Source of the DNA: Marsupella aquatica
Taxonomy: Eukaryota > Plantae > Marchantiophyta
Reading direction: 5' to 3'
Assembly: GCA_973895155.1 (NCBI GenBank)
Contig: OZ316895.1
Span: 20,660,803 to 20,724,802 of the forward strand
DNA: 64,000 nt
A program made the translations under genes and the position numbers. Position 1 is the stretch's first letter, and every line of letters begins with the position of its first letter. The notes beneath the pieces were generated by a model. That model was not told the origin of the DNA and ran no database searches. It saw only the letters and a list, made by a program, of their open reading frames with translations. Below are positions 56,701 to 64,000 of the stretch, one piece after another.

Positions 56701-59700
56701 TTCTACTCAAATGTCTTCAAAGGTGTGGCTCGAATAGACCTTCCTTTGAATTCGTTGCGGGCTTCTGGGGAAATTTTTAGAGCTGACATAGTTCACGGAT
56801 ACATCTCCGTCAGCTCCAAGAGAAGCTGTTATCGATAATTTTCTGTTGAGATAATGTCGTTTGGATGATAGATTCTGATGCATCTCAGATTCTTGCCTTC
56901 TTTACACTCCAAGAACCAAAATAGTTATCTCTCGCTGACTACGTTCATGACTCACGAATGTCCGATGGGCTCTTCCAGGGAACCCAGGCGTCGACCCAGC
57001 GCAGCCGAGCTCTTAAAGGTGCTGACTGACTCAAATCTATCCTCAATCTAGCAAACTGGAAGCTGTTAGTCCTTTGTATTGACAAGACTAGACAGGATGG
57101 AGGACACCTGAGTTTTCCAGCCAGTCAGTCAGAAGCTGTTAACTGTTGATAATTCTAGACTGGAGAGAGGACGGCTAATCTTTGAGAACTGTAATGAACT
57201 GACTCTTTTCGATTATGTCTCAGCATCCATTCGTCACTCAGCGCATTTCGGAAGGAGCAGCCGATGGAGAAAGACAATCATCAGCGGATCGCAGCGCGGT
57301 AGATAACCTTGTCGTTTGACCTTAGGGACATTCTTTTTAGCTTCGAAACAATTCAATGAATCAATGGTATTTAAGGTCAAGCCTCTTATGAATGGCACGC
57401 CCTAGTTGCGTACTTGACCTCCTATCCCCTTGCATCTATTTTCAATGCTGCAAGTTTAGGGCCTTGTTTTCTATCCTTACATGGCTGGGTCTATTCTGGC
57501 TTCCTGCTAACATTTTGGGAGTGGTCACAACACAGGCAAATGAGAGCGATCCGGCAAATGGGCGAAATCAGTACAGCACCCTGTGAGTGTCTCCCCTTTT
57601 TTGCACGGTTGGGTAAAGGTGAAATTCCATCATCTTCACATCGTGTGTATCCCTCTCTTAATTTGGGTTTCTTGCCTCTGCAAAGTTTGCACCTACTTGG
57701 CAATGATTGTGCATGAACGCATTCCAAATCACGTGTGATCTGCAGTGGACAGTGCGTTACATGTGTTCACATATTGTCATGTTTCTTGCTTGGAATAAAG
57801 CCCAGTGGATTGACGGAACTGTTATGCTTTTGCAGCCGAAACGGTTCCTGTAGAGCAACAGAGCAATATTCTTCCCTTCGCAAGGGTCCGTTGTCCTTCA
57901 ACAGGAGTCAAAGCTTCAAGCCTGGTAGCGTTCGGGAACCTCAAACAAATGGACGGCAAGTGGGGACATCTTACGAACCGGACTCCAATTGCTCCGTGAG
58001 ACTTGATTCTGTCCGAAGCGACTACAACCCGAATTGTTCAGTTCGGCTAGATTCTGTCCGGAACGACCCCTCGAGCCCCTGTGGAGTGAGATTTGATTCA
58101 GGTCTTAGCGATTACAACAACTGTTCTGTAAGGCTGGATTCCTTCCGAAGTGAGCACCAGCCTGATGTGGGAATTCCATCCATCACAAGCGAGTTCCTGT
58201 CTGAGGTGCATAATACTTGATTGCCTGTGGGCTCTGTTTTCTTAGTGATGATCTCATGAAGCAATATTTTCTTGGTTCTTCGTTATTGAACATATATTAC
58301 TTTTAGAAAACCTGTCTTGGGTGTACCATTTTTAACAAAGGTGTATTTTGCAATGCGAAACGTTTGCATGAAGAGATGGAAGTGTGGATTGAAAATATGG
58401 GATCTAAAAAATCACATTTTTGGTAGAATTAGAAACTCGATGCAAACGAAGTAACTCCGGTAGTGGATCTGGTATCATTGAACAATGCTGAAAGTTTTGT
58501 TTTAATTGGGTATCTATGTCTACAATTCCTCCGCTGAACATCAGACTGTTTACCAGAGTTACAATCCGATGTTGGAGCCCACCTCGTTCAGGGATGGTGA
58601 TGGCTGGGCTGGGGAGAGGATCAGGAAGGACTCAGACCTGACTTTCAGGACGAGCGATACAGGCATCGGACAAGGGACTTCAAAACTTCAGAACGAAAGC
58701 TTGGTCGATGACGACGACGAAGTGACTGAGTCTAAGATAAAGGCTTTCTTAGATGAAAAGGTATGACCGAGACTTTTGGTTGTGAATGTTACTTCTTTGA
58801 CCACTCTGCAATCAGTGACATTTCATACAGATTGTGGAGAATCAATTCTGGAGTTCTAGGATTCTTTTGTCCGTATACAGAGGCAGTTAACCCGAACTCG
58901 TTCGATGCCATTTTACCTACCTCTATCAGCAGATAATAGAACACGGGATGGACGCGGAGACTCGTATATAGAGTACTAGAGAAGGTTTTGAGTGGCATGA
59001 GCTTGAAGAGAATGTGCTGGATTCACATGTAGGAATGCACATTTGACGACTACATTGCGGAGTCCTTCAATCGGTGGTTTTTGAGTTAATTGCAACATCA
59101 GATGAGAGCCGATTGGAAGCAACCATTTATCTGTTTTCGATATTCTCATTTAATTTCGCGGCAAACTCTCAAAAGCCACTGGGTTTGAATTTTGCCATGA
59201 GCTGACATATGCCCTTGTGGACATTTTGTTGACAGGCCCAAGAATTAAAGCGTTTGCAAACACCACTGTACGAGGAGTATAATAACATTTGGAATGCGGC
59301 AAATGAGAACGGACCTACCGAAAGCTTCATCGCCCCGTTGAGCCCGTCACCAGCCAAGCACCAATCTGCAACCAGCAGCAAGTCACCGAGTAAAGCTAGC
59401 AGCTTCAGTGGTGGGCGCTCTCTGGGAATGCGGAGCAGTAGGGATAGCGAAGTAAGCGTCAGTTCCGGTAGCCCCAATGCTACTGGTGTCCCAAGTGTGA
59501 ACTTCTCTCCACTTCTAGAGGTACCTTCGCCGAGGTTGAATGAGTGGAGAGGACTACTACATGACGCTCAGGCCCAACATACGCTGCCCCCTCCTAGTCC
59601 TAGGTATATCAGCAAACCTCAAACCTGCCCTTGAATGGGCTCTCAGTTGCTTGAGGGCAACCACAGCTCCACTATAATTTCAAGTGAGGAATCTGGTGTG

Positions 59701-60272
59701 CTTTCACAGGTCTAAATCTCTCTCTGAAAGGTCAACTAACTGACCTTATTTGTACAACACATCACAGCGTGAATTCGGCGGAGCGCCAGAGATTGTGGAA
59801 AGAAGAACTACAGCAAGAGCTTGAAATGAAGCGAGGTACAACGGAATTGTACTCGTGCTACCGATTGATAATTGTTCCATCCTCAACTCCCCTTACGATT
59901 TCTGAAATCTTACTTAAATTTTGAATTGCAAAATCAAACCACAGGAAACAATAGTCTTAAACCTGTAGACTTTTCCAGGACTAGTACAGCTCACAGGCTA
60001 TGTAGTCTGGTATAAACTAAACGCCATATACTGTAGGTATTTGGGCTCCGAAAGAACCCATATTTTTTTAGAGTTTGGAGCAGATTTGTTTTTCAATCTT
60101 GACTCCGGAAACCTGACTACCAGTTTTCTGATGTGTTTGCAATGCAGAGGAGAAGCGCAAGCTGACACGTCAAGCCAGCACTCTAACCAATTCCACCCAG
60201 TCGCCCAACAAAGATAAATCCTTGCAACGCCATGGCAGCCGTCTTGGTTCTACTCCTTCCACCTCGAGATAG
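53778..60272 (+). CDS. NPK1: NPK1/ANP-type MAP kinase kinase kinase (cytokinesis NACK-PQR pathway), 17 exons
   Basis: GT-AG exons 53778-53945, 54583-54624, 54783-54848, 55191-55301, 55551-55631, 55744-55821, 55974-56056, 56213-56294, 56622-56722, 56979-57018, 57224-57298, 57536-57582, 57836-58205, 58557-58760, 59236-59603, 59768-59835, 60148-60272. Motifs [105 protein letters not shown]. Confidence 0.95.
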
Positions 60273-61609
60273 CAATTGAAATACTGTTCTTGATTCAGAT
60301 CAGCTTCAGGTACGTCAGGGTCATAGGAATGACCCTCCTATGACCCTGGCTTTCACAATTTCATCTAGCTCTTATATTTAATCGAAACATCTCCTGGCTC
60401 CCTTCAAACAATGGCATATCTAGTCAACCATCTATAAGAGACCTGAGCCGTTTTCAGCAGGGGATGGAAAAGATATGTCAGCATGTAGATCCTTGGAGAA
60501 AAATATCCATCATAATTTATCTCTACACTGGACTTTAGTCCGATTGTTCTCTATATATCTGTTATCATTGAACGATTTTGAAACTCAAATAAAGAGTGTA
60601 CAATGGAGTCGCCGTTCGTGGTCTACGTCCCTCGAGTGTTCTCAAGTGCGAATGCTAACACCACAAATCCGAGAGAATATAGGACTATATCGAGCTTGTC
60701 TAAAGTACGCAAAACTCTGGTGGGAGCAAGCAAGTTTACAATTCAAGAGAAGCAACAAGAAGTAAAGCATCCATTCCAGGGTTCAAAGGGTCCCTCGAAA
60801 TCTACCACAGAGCTGAATTTCCATCACTACTAAAGAGGAAAGTGGATAGTACGTCAACCTAGACTGACTCCAGACAGAAGGTGCTAAATCTGGGCTTGGT
60901 CTTGTCTACAAAAGCTGTTAAGCGATCAAGAGAAAACACCAACCCCTGGTCAGATGATTCGTTGTTACGTTCTGCTATGGAACATTCTTGCAATTGTACT
61001 GCAGGTCACATTGTCTTCCCAGTAAATTTTAAGAATCCATGCATGCAAGTATACAAGTTATATAACTACAAACTGTAATTGAACCAACCCCGCTGTAGGA
61101 CTGGTGTAATTTGTTGAACAACATGTAGAAGTGAGGCTTCACAAAGGTTATGAATTACTGATGTGGATTGAGGATTGAGTCGAGCCAGTCAATAATTTGG
61201 TGGGGTGAGGAGCAACCAATAGGGGTTCTCAAACCTCAAATTTTTGGTGGACCTTTAGTTAGTAGGTAAACTTAATATGGACATAAAAAGTTAAGTATTA
61301 TCAAATACATAATCCATAACTTTTTGCCATAAATATTGGTCACATGTCATGACCATAGGTCACTTAAGACTAGTGGAATTAATTCATGGACCCCCATGTT
61401 ATTTTAGAGGCAATTATCTAGAAATTGAAGCCCAGATGGGCCTCCAAATCTAACAAAATGCCCCAATGGATTCTAATAACCCATATGGACCTTGATGAAA
61501 AGTCTTTTTTAACTCAAATGATACTTCTTACTGTATCTGTAATATGACTCTTGAGTATTGCTCTTATTAGAGATGGATCTCTAAGAAGTGCCTGGATCTT
61601 TAATATGAC

Positions 61610-61886
61610 TGTTGAGTATTGCTCTTAGTTTTATGACTCTAGGGTTAATCACAGTTAGGTTAACTTAGGTTAGGATTTAGCTTAGGTTAGCAGGGATGCA
61701 TGTTGTATATAACCAGGGTTGATGTCAGCCCCTGGTGGATCTTCAGTTCATTGTTAGAGTGGAGCAAGAGAGAAGTAAAGGTCTCTTACTTTCCCGTGGG
61801 TGTAGCCTTAGTCGAGAGGTGAACCACGTACTTGCTGTGTCGACTACTTTGTATGGTGTTTACATGTTTACCCTAAACCCTAAACA
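61610..61886 (+). mobile_element. Solo LTR (Copia-like), 277 bp, TSD ATGAC
   Basis: tgttgagtattgctcttag...ctaaaca; ATGAC at 61605-61609 and 61887-61891; tatataa box; gtagcc...aggtgaaccacgta motif. Confidence 0.85.
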
Positions 61887-63089
61887 ATGACCTGCAACAA
61901 GAGGGACACCAGGTGCAACAGGTATTCTGTCCAATAGAGCCGGTAGTCAATCCATGTTTGTTTAGAGTGTTGGGAATGGACTCAAAATAAGGCAAGTTCA
62001 CAGAATACTCAACTTCTCCCCTTGGCAGAACAGCTTGGCATGGCCATGGATGATTTTTTGTGAGATCAGCTTGGCAAGGCCATGGATGAGTGTGACATTG
62101 GGAGATTTTATCAAGACAATACTACAGTGGTCATGAGTTTCTAAATTTCTTTAGCTTTCGATCTATTCCGAATTCTACAATTGGTTGCATGAAACTTTTG
62201 TCTCAAACAATTATGCAAAGTTAGTGATTTGATGACATTCTTTCTCTCTTCATCTCTCTGCGTGTAGAAATTGAAAATGATTACTTTTGATTGCTGAAGT
62301 GGGCAATTAAGCTACCCACACATTAAACAGTAGTTCACATTGCAGCTAGTTTTGTGATTGATGTTAATTATGGTTGCCTTGGTAAGTTTGGCAAATGTTT
62401 CAAGTGTCAAACATTGACTTGTCCATTTTTGAAAAATCAAAATGTAAATAAAACCATTATTGGGAGCAGTTTTACCTCAATCTTTTGTCTTTTGATTTGC
62501 ATGTCAATTTTTTTTACATTCTCTTTTACGGCATGGCTTCCCAGTTTTTACAGAAAAGTTGTCACAAACACGAATGCAAAATTTAATTTTATCCCCAAAA
62601 AAGTCTCTTTTGCAGCGTGCCATGATGATGTAGTGCACTGTGGAGCCTGGAATTTAGGAATGGGACCCCGTAAAAACAACAACAATGTAACCCTGTGAAA
62701 ATGTTATAGCCTTTTGTTTATGGTCAAAAGCTTTTATCTGCAACTTTGAAGCTTTGAGACGCTCTAATGGATTGTTCACTTGCACTAAATTGCAGAATCT
62801 CTTCTTGATCCTACATGGCAAGTAAATGCTCCTTTGGAGTGCTTACTTTGTCTAGGATTTTAAGCCACTGGAGAGGTGGTCCAAAAATTTGCAAACTTTT
62901 AAGGGCTTTGTATTTAGTTAGCTTCATTGAAATTTCTAAAGATTTTTGGCGTGGACTCTAAGTATCGTAAACCACACTTACCCTTCAAAGCTACGGGTTA
63001 CCTGTAGTTACCATAAAAGTAGTTTTTCTTTGAGTTGTGGAGCAAACTGGCACGATAATGGAGAAAAATGAGTGGAATGTGGAACAAGC

Positions 63090-63266
63090 GGGAGGCCTTG
63101 GACACTTCCCCCTCGACATAGCCAGTGGTGGTTTAAGAAGAAGAAATGGCCCTCCAGTTTTGCTTTGCTGAAGAAAGGGGGAGGTCTTGGACACTTCTCC
63201 CTATATATGGCCATCAGTGGTTTAGGAAGAAGAAATGGCCCTCCAGTTTTGCTTTGATGAAGAAAC
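63090..63266. repeat. ~89-bp tandem duplication
   Basis: ggagg.cttggacacttc...gtggttta.gaagaagaaatggccctccagttttgctttg.tgaagaaa occurs twice. Confidence 0.9.
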
Positions 63267-64000
63267 TTGCAAGTGCGCCCACCACTTGTAAAGCCACTCT
63301 AAATATCATCTGTAATAAAAGCTTTTCCATAAACTTGACCTATGGTTTGCAGAAAGATGAATTAGACAGGACTTACAGTTCAGAGACTCTCAACAAGTTG
63401 ACTTCAGGTGTAGTCTTTTTGTATCAAATGCCAATACTAATGTATTTGTCGTTTCATCAGAACCTGTAAGCCTAACCTATGGTCATAATACAACTCTCAC
63501 CTGTGATTCTAATAACAATCCAATATCCGCATGTTGCACAATATTGTCAATAATAAATGATGGTGAGCAAAAGTTTTGTTGAGTGTAAGTGAAATGACCA
63601 GCCAGTTGGACACTGCTGGGAGTAGGAGAGATGGCCTGGCAACTAGATTAGTATGCAAGCTACGGGTAGAGTGATGGGAGGGGCTCAAAAAAGGATGCAC
63701 AATGGCACTTTCAGTTGTCACCTTAATAAAACTAGTGAATCCTCCAGTCAGAATGACATTTCATAAATTATCATAAAGAAAAAGTGAGAGTAAAATAGTG
63801 TTTAAATGTCATTTGGAACTAATTCTGGGAGCTATCTGTATATATGACATCCTGGTAAATGGGCATAACTGGCTATATAATGCATTAAATAAAAGAGGGC
63901 GTGGGCTAGAGTTTTGAGGTGCTGTTATTGCCTGTGATACTATCCTAACAGGACTTTTTACCCATATAATCTAAGAGATTTTTCAATTATGTTTTCACCA

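Noticed and set aside
61871-61884. Telomeric CCCTAAA repeats
   Set aside because: Only two copies, inside a solo LTR end; not an interstitial telomere array.

Overview
Eukaryotic nuclear DNA from a land plant, most consistent with a non-seed plant such as a bryophyte or liverwort (inferred from gene families, intron layout and TE types; not provable here). There are four host genes. (1) An intronless clade-A AHL transcription factor (AT-hook + PPC/DUF296; 15157-15963 +). (2) A 6-exon WDR43/Utp5-like gene (44932-48062 -). (3) A lariat debranching enzyme DBR1 with an intronless CDS (51568-52860 -). (4) A 17-exon NPK1/ANP-type MAPKKK (53778-60272 +), head-to-head with DBR1. The rest is TE-rich: a young L1 LINE with intact ORF2, an older L1 3' fragment, four TSD-flanked solo LTRs, three Mutator-like MITEs with 9-10 bp TSDs, a TTAA-flanked TIR element and several tandem arrays. 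The most unusual element is a near-full-length non-LTR retrotransposon with a restriction-like endonuclease (CRE-like; 33.4-38.0 kb), plus a TSD-flanked copy of only its 3' UTR. Other items worth follow-up: a 144-bp array whose units carry a TGACGTAA motif and a small ORF, a synonymously diverged CSVRLDS repeat in the MAPKKK, a 22-bp perfect hairpin and an inverted pair of solo LTRs. All calls were made by eye from motifs; no database searches were run.
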